DNA of 64,000 nucleotides, taken from contig CAWCNY010000006.1 in NCBI GenBank assembly GCA_963797095.1, positions 704,001 through 768,000 of the forward strand, given 5' to 3'. The position numbers were made by a program, and so were the translations under genes. Origin of the DNA: an uncultured Chloroflexia bacterium (GTDB lineage: Bacteria; Chloroflexota; Chloroflexia; QHBQ01; JADMIH01). The notes below the pieces were generated by a model, which worked only from the letters and a program-made list of their open reading frames with translations, was not told the origin of the DNA and did no database searches. Positions 9,979-18,360 of the stretch are shown here, one piece after another; position 1 is the stretch's first letter, and each line of letters opens with the position of its first letter.

Positions 9979-10125
9979 ATGGAAGTCATAGTTATTCTTG
10001 TTGGTGCTGCCTTGTTTGAGATGGCGTCGCTCCTGTGGGGGAAGGACACCAGATATGGTGTGACCGACCCGGAGTGGGAGCGCAGGCGCACCTGGCGGGG
10101 TTTCACGCGCAACGGATCGCGATAG
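9979..10125 (+). CDS. 48-aa single-TM microprotein (absent from the ORF track)
   Basis: GGAGAGGT RBS; MEVIVILVGAALFEMASLLWGKDTRYGVTDPEWERRRTWRGFTRNGSR; followed by a terminator. Confidence 0.7.
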   Translation: MEVIVILVGAALFEMASLLWGKDTRYGVTDPEWERRRTWRGFTRNGSR

Positions 10126-10143
10126 TACGCGAGATCGTTCGAC

Positions 10144-10175
10144 GGGGCATGGCAGCGTCATGCCCCTTTGGTTTG
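10144..10175 (+). terminator. Intrinsic terminator after the microproteins
   Basis: GGGGCATGGC-AGC-GTCATGCCCC followed by TTTGGTTT. Confidence 0.65.
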
Positions 10176-10280
10176 CCTGGGGTGACTGTTTCATTGCCTC
10201 TTTTGCTATAATAAGACATATATGAAACCATGCACCGTAAATGACGGTGTTAATATAGCAGAGAGGTCTAAAGAACGGGG

Positions 10281-11384
10281 ATGGTAGCAGAGGCTAGAGG
10301 GTATACATTAGAGGTTGCGGATAGCTTTGATGATGGTGTGGGCGTCACGCGGGAGGAGTGGAACGGTCTCCTCGCGCGGGCGGCTTCGAACGTTGTGTTT
10401 CTGACCAGAGAGTGGCAGGAGACGTGGTGGCGGCATTTCGGAGGGGCGGCAGGCTGTAGGCTCCACTTGCTGGCATTGCGCGAAAACGGAGGAGCGTTAG
10501 TTGGCATTGCTCCTCTTTTTGTTGCTTATGAGGCTTTGCCTCCTGTGAAGGAGTATCGGCCAGGCGAGTTGAGGCCGGAGCGCGAGGGGGAGCCGCTCAG
10601 GATAGTGCAGTTTGTGGGCGGGATCGACGTGGCCGACTATTTGGACGTGATCGCCGAACCGGAGTGGATGGAGGATATTTGGGCCGGTGTGCTCGACTAC
10701 CTGCTTGAGAGGCGTGGCGAGTGGGACGCTATTGATTTCCATTCGCTGCCTGAGTGGTCGCCTTCGCGGGAGATTGTGGCGCGGCTGGGGGCCGAGCGCG
10801 GGTTGGAGTTTCAGGTGGTGGCCGAGGATGTTTGCCCGGTGGTGGAACTGCCCGGCGATTGGGATACTTACCTGATGAGCCTGCGGAAGAAGGACAGGCA
10901 TGAACTAAAGCGAAAGGTGCGCAAGCTTGAGGGACGGGACGATGTGCGCTGGCATCTTGTACCGCCGGACGACCCTGATAGAATGCGGCAGGAAATGAAG
11001 GTGTTCCTGGAACTGCACAGGAGCAGCGGAGTGGACAAAGCGCACTTCATGGACGATAAGATGGCGGCCTACTTCCTCGATATGGCGGAAGATATGGCTG
11101 GCACAGGCTGGCTGGACCTGGCGGTGCTGGCTGTGGATGGCGAACCTGCTTCGGCCTACCTGTCGTATATATATGGGGAGAGGTTGTATCTGTACAATTC
11201 CGGATATTCGCAGCGGTTCGCGGCTTATAGCGCCGGTGTGGCGCTGCTGGCTTACAGGATTCATAAGGCGATCTTGCAGGGGGTGAAGTGGTTCGACTTC
11301 CTGCGGGGCGACGAGGATTATAAATACGATTTCGGGGCTAAAGATACGTATGTGTATAGGGCCGTGTGGACGAGTGGCGAGTGA
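10281..11384 (+). CDS. GNAT family N-acetyltransferase (CelD/BcsL, Acetyltransf_6-like)
   Basis: FLT.EW..WW, DYLD, WDTYL.SL.KK.R.EL.RK, YNSG and FDFLRGDE.YK motifs. Confidence 0.85.
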   Translation: MVAEARGYTLEVADSFDDGVGVTREEWNGLLARAASNVVFLTREWQETWWRHFGGAAGCRLHLLALRENGGALVGIAPLFVAYEALPPVKEYRPGELRPEREGEPLRIVQFVGGIDVADYLDVIAEPEWMEDIWAGVLDYLLERRGEWDAIDFHSLPEWSPSREIVARLGAERGLEFQVVAEDVCPVVELPGDWDTYLMSLRKKDRHELKRKVRKLEGRDDVRWHLVPPDDPDRMRQEMKVFLELHRSSGVDKAHFMDDKMAAYFLDMAEDMAGTGWLDLAVLAVDGEPASAYLSYIYGERLYLYNSGYSQRFAAYSAGVALLAYRIHKAILQGVKWFDFLRGDEDYKYDFGAKDTYVYRAVWTSGE

Positions 11385-11410
11385 CGAGTGACGAGTGACG
11401 AGTGACGAGT
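11369..11410. repeat. Heptamer tandem repeat (GACGAGT)x6
   Basis: Six units, one variant; supplies the TGA stop of the GNAT gene. Confidence 0.95.
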
Positions 11411-11524
11411 GGCCGGTGGTGTGCTGTGGATGTGTGGGCATAATTCGTGCATTGGGTTGTGTTTTGTTGGTATAGCTCAAAGTTAGATATAAGGTTAAGA
11501 TAGATCAAAGAGGATATAAGATAG

Positions 11525-12796
11525 ATGAGTAACATAGCGGTGATCAGTATGCATACCTGTCCTCTGGCGTGCCCGGAGGCTTTGCTCGGGGGGCGTGAGA
11601 CAGGTGGCATGAACGTGTATGTAAGGGAATTGAGCCGGGAGCTTGGGAAGCGTGGGCATCGGGTGGATGTCTTTACGCGGTTCCAGGACGAGCAGACGGC
11701 GCAGGTGGAGGAGTTCGGGGAGAACGCACAGGTGGTACACCTGGAAGCGGGGCCGCGAGCGCCATATGATAAGAACAGGTTGCCCATGCACGTGGACGAG
11801 TTCGTGGAGGGGATCGAGGAGTACGCCCGCGCTGAGGGGCTCAAGTACGATGTGATCCACAGCCATTACTGGGTGTCGGGCCTGGTAGCGCGCAAGTTGC
11901 AGCAGGCGTGGGATGTGCCCTTCGTGCAGATGTTCCACACGTTGGGCGAGTTGAAGAACAGCGTCGCCAAGGCGGTCGGCGACCGGGAAGTGGCGGCGAG
12001 GATCGTGGGTGAGGCATCGGTGATGCGCTGGGCCGACAGGCTGATAGCGGCCACGCCTCTCGAAGAGGAGCAGATGGTATGCCTGTACGGGGCTAACCAG
12101 TGCAAGATCGAGGTTATTCCGGCGGGCGTGGATACCAGCCTCTTTTATCCTCGTGATAAAGAAAACGTCAGGGAGTTATTGAGCTTGCCTGGTATCGAGA
12201 CGCCGATCCTGCTGTTCGTAGGACGGATCGAGAGGTTGAAGGGGATAGATACGCTGCTGGAGTCGGCGGCGGTGGTGAGCCGCTACTGCTCAGGGCGAGA
12301 TTTGAAGGTGCTGATCGTGGGTGGCGGCGGGCAGACCGAGGAGGAGAACGCGGAGCTACGACGCGTGGTTGAGCTGCACCACGACCTGAACCTTGAGGAG
12401 CAGGTGGAGTTCGTGGGGTCGAAGCCCCAGGAGATGCTGCCGCTCTATTACTCGGCGGCGGATGTGACGATCATGCCCTCGCATTACGAGTCGTTCGGGC
12501 TGGTGGCTGTGGAGTCGATGGCTTCGGGCACGCCTGTGATCGCCTCGAACGTCGGTGGATTGTCTTACACTGTAGTGGATGGCGAGACCGGCTTCCTGGT
12601 GGAGCAGGAGAACCACTTCCAACTGGCGGAGCGGGTGCATACTCTGTTGAAGAACCCGGAGATGCGAGAGCGGATGGGGGAGCAGGCGCATTTGCATGCT
12701 CAGCAGTATTCGTGGGAGAATATCGCTTCGCGGGTACTAGAGGTGTACGAGGAGGCGATCAAGGAGAGGCAGGGCGCGGAGCCTGCTTGCGCTTGA
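11525..12796 (+). CDS. GT4 glycosyltransferase, MshA-like
   Basis: HTCPLA...GGMNVYVREL, HSHYW.SG, FVGRI..LKG and PSHYESFGLVA.E motifs. Confidence 0.85.
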   Translation: MSNIAVISMHTCPLACPEALLGGRETGGMNVYVRELSRELGKRGHRVDVFTRFQDEQTAQVEEFGENAQVVHLEAGPRAPYDKNRLPMHVDEFVEGIEEYARAEGLKYDVIHSHYWVSGLVARKLQQAWDVPFVQMFHTLGELKNSVAKAVGDREVAARIVGEASVMRWADRLIAATPLEEEQMVCLYGANQCKIEVIPAGVDTSLFYPRDKENVRELLSLPGIETPILLFVGRIERLKGIDTLLESAAVVSRYCSGRDLKVLIVGGGGQTEEENAELRRVVELHHDLNLEEQVEFVGSKPQEMLPLYYSAADVTIMPSHYESFGLVAVESMASGTPVIASNVGGLSYTVVDGETGFLVEQENHFQLAERVHTLLKNPEMRERMGEQAHLHAQQYSWENIASRVLEVYEEAIKERQGAEPACA

Positions 12797-13179
12797 TGTG
12801 GACCAGATGAACCACAGAGGCCCAGAGGCCCAGAGGTTATTTGTGGTTCTTGTACACGAAGAGACGAAGGAGAGCGAAGGGCACGACGATTCTTTGGGGT
12901 TTGAAGTTCGAAGTTTGAGATAGTTGTGGATTGTGGGAAGGGTGCATGCGATCGTTGGGATCATGTGCGCCCTTTCTTCATGTTCGGTTGTGCCGTGCCT
13001 GCTGCTCTTTTAGTATTGGGTTGGTAAGGTGCCGGACTCGGATGACATTGGGATGTTGTTTGCCCATCGGCTTCGTTGCTGCGGGGTTGGATTCGAGTCC
13101 TTATGCATTAGATCATAGCACATGAGTTCTGATATCACAAGTACGCAAATGGCTACATTTTTCGCAAATTTGGTGAGAC

Positions 13180-14388
13180 TCAGGGAGTTGGTTGGGTTGT
13201 TGGTAGGGCTGTGCTTACAGGTGAAGGGATTTCGGTACAGGCAGTTTTAGCGGGCATATCGAATTTGAAGGTCCATGTGTTGGTGGAGGAGTAGCCGGGT
13301 GGGCGGCTGCCGGAATAGGTATCGTTTACCAGAAGTATCCAGTCGGTAGTAGGGGCGTCCATGAGGGATTGGCCTGAGTAGCGGAAGCCGGGGTAGCCTC
13401 CGCGAAAGCCGGGGAACGGGCCGCAGTTGCCGAAGGAGCAGTCGCTCCAAAGCTGGATGGGCATAGAGCTCACAGAGCTTACGCCCGTGGTGAGGCTGGC
13501 GGTAGTGGTCCAATCGTTGGTGTTGGTGGAGGTGCCATCGATGAGAGTGCCGGTGTAGCTCATGTTGAAGCGGGCCTCGGTGGCTGTGATGAGGACGTAG
13601 TTGAGGGTCATCAGCACGTTGTTTCCGTAGGCCGGCCTCGGGATATCCATCAGACGGCATTGCTTGTCGAGGGTCGTTGCCAGGTCGAATGTAAAGGTGA
13701 TAGGTTTGTTGGGTGGCGGGATGGGGCTTGGCGATGGTATGGGAGTAGGAGTGTAGTAGACGCCTGGGGGCGCGGTGGGGATGGGGGAAGGGTATGGTGT
13801 GAAATAGGGCGAGTAATCGAGCATGGTGGGGAGTGTGAGGTGCATCGTGAGGGTGTCGGGTAGGGAGCCGAGCAACGACGTGTCAAAGACGAGGTAGCCG
13901 AACTGGGGAGTGGTTTCGCCTATAGGGTGGGATTGCCAGCCAAATTCGAATGTGTCAGTGTCCGGACTGAGGCTGGTTTGAGGAAGTACAGTTCCATCAT
14001 CGAGAGTCAGGCTTGGAGGTCTGTTATCCAGGGAGTTAGTTGCGATGAAATATGGGTAGGGCAAGGTTGGTCCTGCCACCGTGTAGGTGAAGATGAGGCG
14101 GTTGAGATCGGCGTAGCGGGTTTGGACAGAGACGGTTATGCCGTCGAGGGTCTGGGAGACAACGGAGGGTGTTGGACCGAGGGATGGAAGGGTAGAGGTC
14201 GGCTGGGGTGTTGGTAGGTAGACGAGATAAGCATAGACGGGGGTCGCGGTGGCGAAGGGGGAATAGGGAGTTATGGGCGGGTCGTTCTGGGCCACGAGTT
14301 GGGAGATGAAGAGGAATGCGGCTACTACGCCCGCTGCGAGCAGCAGGAGCAGAGAGCAGCCGATGATGGTGGGGTCGAGGCGGCGCAT
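13180..14388 (-). CDS. Membrane-anchored Pro/Thr-rich protein (DUF4179-like beta domains)
   Basis: N-terminal TM, PT linkers, SQT.DGITVSV...YAD.NRL...YTV and WTF.F motifs; GGAG RBS before 14388. Confidence 0.6.
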   Translation of the reverse strand: MRRLDPTIIGCSLLLLLAAGVVAAFLFISQLVAQNDPPITPYSPFATATPVYAYLVYLPTPQPTSTLPSLGPTPSVVSQTLDGITVSVQTRYADLNRLIFTYTVAGPTLPYPYFIATNSLDNRPPSLTLDDGTVLPQTSLSPDTDTFEFGWQSHPIGETTPQFGYLVFDTSLLGSLPDTLTMHLTLPTMLDYSPYFTPYPSPIPTAPPGVYYTPTPIPSPSPIPPPNKPITFTFDLATTLDKQCRLMDIPRPAYGNNVLMTLNYVLITATEARFNMSYTGTLIDGTSTNTNDWTTTASLTTGVSSVSSMPIQLWSDCSFGNCGPFPGFRGGYPGFRYSGQSLMDAPTTDWILLVNDTYSGSRPPGYSSTNTWTFKFDMPAKTACTEIPSPVSTALPTTQPTP

Positions 14389-14521
14389 GAAATCTCCGGA
14401 GGTGCGGGATTGGTGTCGGCATATAGTCGGCATATAAACGTAGGGTGGGTTGGTTGCGGAGATTGTGCTCGTCAGGAGGGCGAGGCACAGCCCTATATGT
14501 GTGAAATGGCCGAATGTAGTA

Positions 14522-14719
14522 TCAGCCTGTGCCTACGATTTCTTCTGCGCAGATGTCGCAGTAGGGGGTGGTGGAGTTGGCTACTCGGATGCCGCAGTTC
14601 TGGCAGATGCGGTAGCCTTCTGACTTGCATTGGTCGCAGAGGACGGGGCCTTCGGCGTTTACAGGGCGACCACAGCGGATGCAGTGGTTGGTTTCGTTGG
14701 ATGGGTTTTCTGAGGGCAT
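14522..14719 (-). CDS. 65-aa double zinc-ribbon protein
   Basis: Four CxxC pairs (CIRC, CDQC, CQNC, CDIC); AAAGGA RBS. Confidence 0.7.
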   Translation of the reverse strand: MPSENPSNETNHCIRCGRPVNAEGPVLCDQCKSEGYRICQNCGIRVANSTTPYCDICAEEIVGTG

Positions 14720-14732
14720 TTGGGTCCTTTCT

Positions 14733-14815
14733 ATTGCGTACTGCGTATTTCTTATTGGGGCAGTTCTATATTGATGGGGTATACAGTACGCAATACGCAG
14801 TGCGCAGTACGCAGT
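14733..14815. repeat. Inverted pair of TACGCAG-type heptamer tracts
   Basis: TTGCGTA CTGCGTA near 14734 and (CAGTACG/CAATACG)x4 at 14784-14815. Confidence 0.8.
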
Positions 14816-14816
14816 C

Positions 14817-15854
14817 TTACCATTGGATCTTTACTACCAGGGCTGTTATATCGTCCTCGTGGGCGCGATAGTTGTATGTGGCTGAGATGTCGGCTGGGTC
14901 GGGGAGGGAGCGCTCAGCCGAGCGCTCGTCGCTGCGGTCTACCAGGGTGGCAGCCGGGTCTATGGAGTTCATTGAGGCGGCGATCTCGTCGGTGGTGAGG
15001 TTGGCGTAGACGCCGTCGCTGCAGAGGAGGAGACAGTCGCCTGGTTGAAGCTGGATGGTGCTGAACTCGGGGGTGGAGGCCTCGGCGGAGTCGCCTAACT
15101 GACCGAAAACGAGGTTGCGCTGGGCGAAATATTTGACGGCATCCGGATCGAGCTTACCGAGGTCGAAGCCGGTGAAGGTGTCAAGCTCGTTGTCTATGGT
15201 TTCGGCCTGTTCGGGAGTTAGCCTCCCCTCTATGCAATCGAGGTGGACGAGATCCTGGTCCTCGGTGAGGAGGAGAAGCTCGCCATCGGAGTAGAGGTAG
15301 CAGCGGGTGTCGCCGTTCTGGCTGATGACGGCGCGGCGTCCGCCTTCGCAGAGGATAGTGGCGGTGAGGCAGGCGGCGGCCATCACGTCGCCCGCGGTTT
15401 TGCCTTCGGGTATTTGTTCTGGGGGAATGTCGCCCCCGGCGTTGATCTCGTGGAAGACGCGGGCATCGCCCTGGGCTATGACGGCAGAAAGGATCTCGCG
15501 GGCGGCGGAAACGGAAACGTTGTTGGGAAGGTCCTGGAGACGGTCGTCGAGGGTAGCGCGAAGGATGGCGGCAGCGTGCTCACCACCGATCTCTTTGCCG
15601 TTGACTACGCGGCGGCTGCCACCCATGCCGTCTATGACCGCGTGGGCAAGGCCGTTGTGGGCCGACCAGTAGGCGTCCTCGTTGCGCTCAGGGTGAGCAC
15701 GGCTGGGGGTGGATTTTACCCAGATGCGGGCGATGGTGGACTGGGGGGGTTGGGTTGTGGGTGGGTCCATTTGGGTTTGTAGCCGGTAGCCGGTAGCCGG
15801 TAGTCGGTAGTCGGTAGCCGGTAGTCGGTAGCCGGTAGTCGGTAGTCGGAACAT
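14817..15854 (-). CDS. PP2C/PPM family protein Ser/Thr phosphatase
   Basis: NEDAY, IDGMGG, GDTRCY, LTED, LLCSDG and DDITALVV motifs; the N-terminus is encoded by a heptamer tract. Confidence 0.9.
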   Translation of the reverse strand: MFRLPTTGYRLPATDYRLPATGYRLQTQMDPPTTQPPQSTIARIWVKSTPSRAHPERNEDAYWSAHNGLAHAVIDGMGGSRRVVNGKEIGGEHAAAILRATLDDRLQDLPNNVSVSAAREILSAVIAQGDARVFHEINAGGDIPPEQIPEGKTAGDVMAAACLTATILCEGGRRAVISQNGDTRCYLYSDGELLLLTEDQDLVHLDCIEGRLTPEQAETIDNELDTFTGFDLGKLDPDAVKYFAQRNLVFGQLGDSAEASTPEFSTIQLQPGDCLLLCSDGVYANLTTDEIAASMNSIDPAATLVDRSDERSAERSLPDPADISATYNYRAHEDDITALVVKIQW

Positions 15855-15892
15855 TCTGTTGCTAGTCCTCCTACTACTGACTACCGACTACC
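15779..15892. repeat. (GTAGYCG)x10 tract with a short inverted partner tract
   Basis: Ten units at 15779-15848; CTACTGA CTACCGA CTACC at 15874-15892. Confidence 0.95.
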
Positions 15893-15900
15893 ATTGTTCT

Positions 15901-16608
15901 TCACGGTCTTGGTAGCAATTCGAGTACCAGATAGCTACCGGAGGCAGTGGGGGCGTTGTGCTGGTAGAAAGGTAAGGCGTCGGGGTCGCCCATGAATATC
16001 CGGTCGCCGGGTTCGAGGTCGTAGGAGGAGTCGGGGTTGGCGTTGCGGATTGTGCCGAAAGTCTCTAGCGGCGTGAAGGTGTTAGAACCAACTGGTTTGA
16101 CGAGGGTATCCAGTTCGGCTCCTGGGCAGGAGCGTATGGTGACGGCATTACCGGGGGTTAGGGATAGGTAGCACTGCTTGCGGTGAACGAGGTATTGCTT
16201 CTGGCCGTGGATGTCCATCGGCTGCACCCACTGGCGAAGGTCGATATCGGCCTGGCTGCCCAATTCGGCGTCGGTCCTGCCGACCATGTATTCGCCGGGT
16301 TGGGTGATGGTGAAGCCCTGGGCGGGGTCGGCTGTGCCCGATACGACGATGGCGAACTGGGCGCTACCGGCGGGTGCCGAGGTGCCCGATTGGGGAGGTG
16401 GGACGATACCGGATACGGGAGTGATGGTCGGGGCGGTATCGGGCGATGCAGTGCCGGAGGTAGCGGCGGGGTCGGTTGTGGGGGTCGCGGCGGGGTCTGT
16501 GGCCTGCTGAGCCTGGGCATCAATGGCATTTATGAAGTAGCCGCAGTTCTCGCAGAATTTGCCGATCTCCTGGTCGGGGGCTCCGCAATTTGGGCAGGTG
16601 ATTGTCAT
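15901..16608 (-). CDS. Zinc-ribbon plus divergent FHA-like domain protein
   Basis: CPNC..FCENCG; A/T/P-rich linker; VGR.D....DIDL; VHRKQC in place of VSR.H; L.PGDRI.MG. Confidence 0.7.
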   Translation of the reverse strand: MTITCPNCGAPDQEIGKFCENCGYFINAIDAQAQQATDPAATPTTDPAATSGTASPDTAPTITPVSGIVPPPQSGTSAPAGSAQFAIVVSGTADPAQGFTITQPGEYMVGRTDAELGSQADIDLRQWVQPMDIHGQKQYLVHRKQCYLSLTPGNAVTIRSCPGAELDTLVKPVGSNTFTPLETFGTIRNANPDSSYDLEPGDRIFMGDPDALPFYQHNAPTASGSYLVLELLPRP

Positions 16609-16623
16609 TGGTGTCTCCTGCGT

Positions 16624-16732
16624 TCGTGAATCGTGAAACTTGAAACGTGATACGCGACGACGAAAGACGAAGGACGATTATTACGAGTGACGAGTGACGA
16701 GTGAATACGCAATACGCAATACGCAATACGCA
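16624..16732. repeat. Mosaic heptamer tract
   Basis: CGTGAA-type units, then ACGAARG, then (ACGAGTG)x3, then (AATACGC)x4. Confidence 0.9.
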
Positions 16733-16749
16733 CTATCTCGCGTATCACT

Positions 16750-18096
16750 CTATGGTTTTGCTAAGGTCCATTGTTTGGTCACTGAGTCGTATTGCATTGT
16801 TCCCTGGAAGATCCATGTATATTGGCCTGTTTGGGGTGATTGGCCGAGGTGTTGGACGCTTACCGTAACGAGGGAGGTGTCGCCGTTGGCGTCGAAGGAC
16901 CAGTCGCCCAGGATGTTATCGCCGGGGAGTTTGGCGGTGCTGGTGTTGGCGACGGCCTGGCGGATGGCTTCGCGATCTTTCTTGTTGGCGGTGGCTATAG
17001 AGTTGACGGCTACTCTACCTGCCTCGTAGCCGAATGGTGCCCAGTCTTCGTTGCAGTCGTTTGGATACTGAGACTTGTAGCTGCTGTACCAATCTGCGCC
17101 CGCACCGGTTAGGCGAGCGGCGGGGAGACCCACGATGGTGGCATAGACCTTATCATCGTCTTCGAGGCCGGCATTGCGCAGGTTGTTGATGAATGTATCG
17201 CCCAGGGCGTCGGCCCCCATGAAGGAGCCATCGTAGCCTAGGGAGCGCAGGTCGCGGAAGACCAGGTCGGGGTGGTTGGCGTCGCTGCCGCCGAAATAGA
17301 CGAGGTCGGCACCGGAGTCGATGATGCGGTTGGCAAGCTGAGTGTAGCTCTCGGCGTGGATGTCTATGCTTTCGGGACCGCCCGCGACGGTGAGGCCGAG
17401 GTTACCGGCTTCGCGGGCGAAGACCTTGGCTATGCCTTTGCCGTATAGCTCGGTGTCGTCGAGGACGAACACCGATTTAGCGCCGATCTCGCGGGCGTAG
17501 GCGGCGGCAGCCGCGCCCTGGAGGTCGTCGGCTGGCACCACGCGGAAGTAGTTGCGGGTGCCGAGGGGATAGTAGATGTATGGCTCGCCTGCGCTGCCTG
17601 TGCCTGGCTTGGTGAGGCCGGGGTAGGTGTTGCCGGGGCTGATCATTGCCATGCTGACGCGGTTGAGCACTGGTATGCTGATCTTGGCCGCGCCTGAGTT
17701 GTAGGTGCCTATATAGACCATCGCATCGGGGTCTTCGACGGCGCGGCGGGCGTTGGCAAGCTCTACATCGGGGTCCCAGTTATAGGAGCCATCGGCACGT
17801 GCGACGGCGTCGTTGAGGGGAACATACTCGATGCGAAAGTCTCCGGCGTGGTCGTTGGCTTCATCAATCGCCATTTGAGCACCATGAACGATACTGTCGT
17901 AGCCGCAGCGGTCCTTGCTGCCGAAATTGCCCGAAAGGGGGACGGACGCGTAGATACGTACCAGCGATGGATCGCCGGAGCTACCCTGCCCGAAGACAGG
18001 GCTGAGGACGAGAAATGTGATTATGCCGAGCACGAGAGCAACGAGGACGGGGACGATTACCTCGACGGTGTTCAGGGTCAGGTTTCTTGGACGCAT
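16750..18096 (-). CDS. Membrane-anchored LivJ/LivK-type (class I) amino-acid substrate-binding protein, orphan
   Basis: PLSG, IGTYNSG, ISP.NT.P.LT, YFRV...DD.QG, D...YGKGIA, FMGAD and FDANGD motifs; no permease or ATPase nearby. Confidence 0.88.
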   Translation of the reverse strand: MRPRNLTLNTVEVIVPVLVALVLGIITFLVLSPVFGQGSSGDPSLVRIYASVPLSGNFGSKDRCGYDSIVHGAQMAIDEANDHAGDFRIEYVPLNDAVARADGSYNWDPDVELANARRAVEDPDAMVYIGTYNSGAAKISIPVLNRVSMAMISPGNTYPGLTKPGTGSAGEPYIYYPLGTRNYFRVVPADDLQGAAAAAYAREIGAKSVFVLDDTELYGKGIAKVFAREAGNLGLTVAGGPESIDIHAESYTQLANRIIDSGADLVYFGGSDANHPDLVFRDLRSLGYDGSFMGADALGDTFINNLRNAGLEDDDKVYATIVGLPAARLTGAGADWYSSYKSQYPNDCNEDWAPFGYEAGRVAVNSIATANKKDREAIRQAVANTSTAKLPGDNILGDWSFDANGDTSLVTVSVQHLGQSPQTGQYTWIFQGTMQYDSVTKQWTLAKP

Positions 18097-18360
18097 TTGT
18101 GAGTATTTTGGAATTCGGAATCCGGAGTTCGGAGTTATCGGGTTGAGGTTCGAAGTTACGCTAGTTCAGTGTTGGTGTAACCTTTGCACAATGTGACCAC
18201 GTAGTTTCATATAGTGAGGTTACGTTTGAGCGCACTGAGAGTTAGGTCGAAGGGGGTTTCGATTGTGCGTGGCAGTGGAACTGAGTATACTATAAGCCAG
18301 CCGACGGTACAACAGCAATGCCCAGGCAGAGATTTCGCGTGAGGATGTGGATATTGAGGT

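Noticed and set aside
16750-18096. Branched-chain amino acid ABC transporter operon
   Set aside because: No permease or ATPase genes are adjacent; treated as an orphan receptor.
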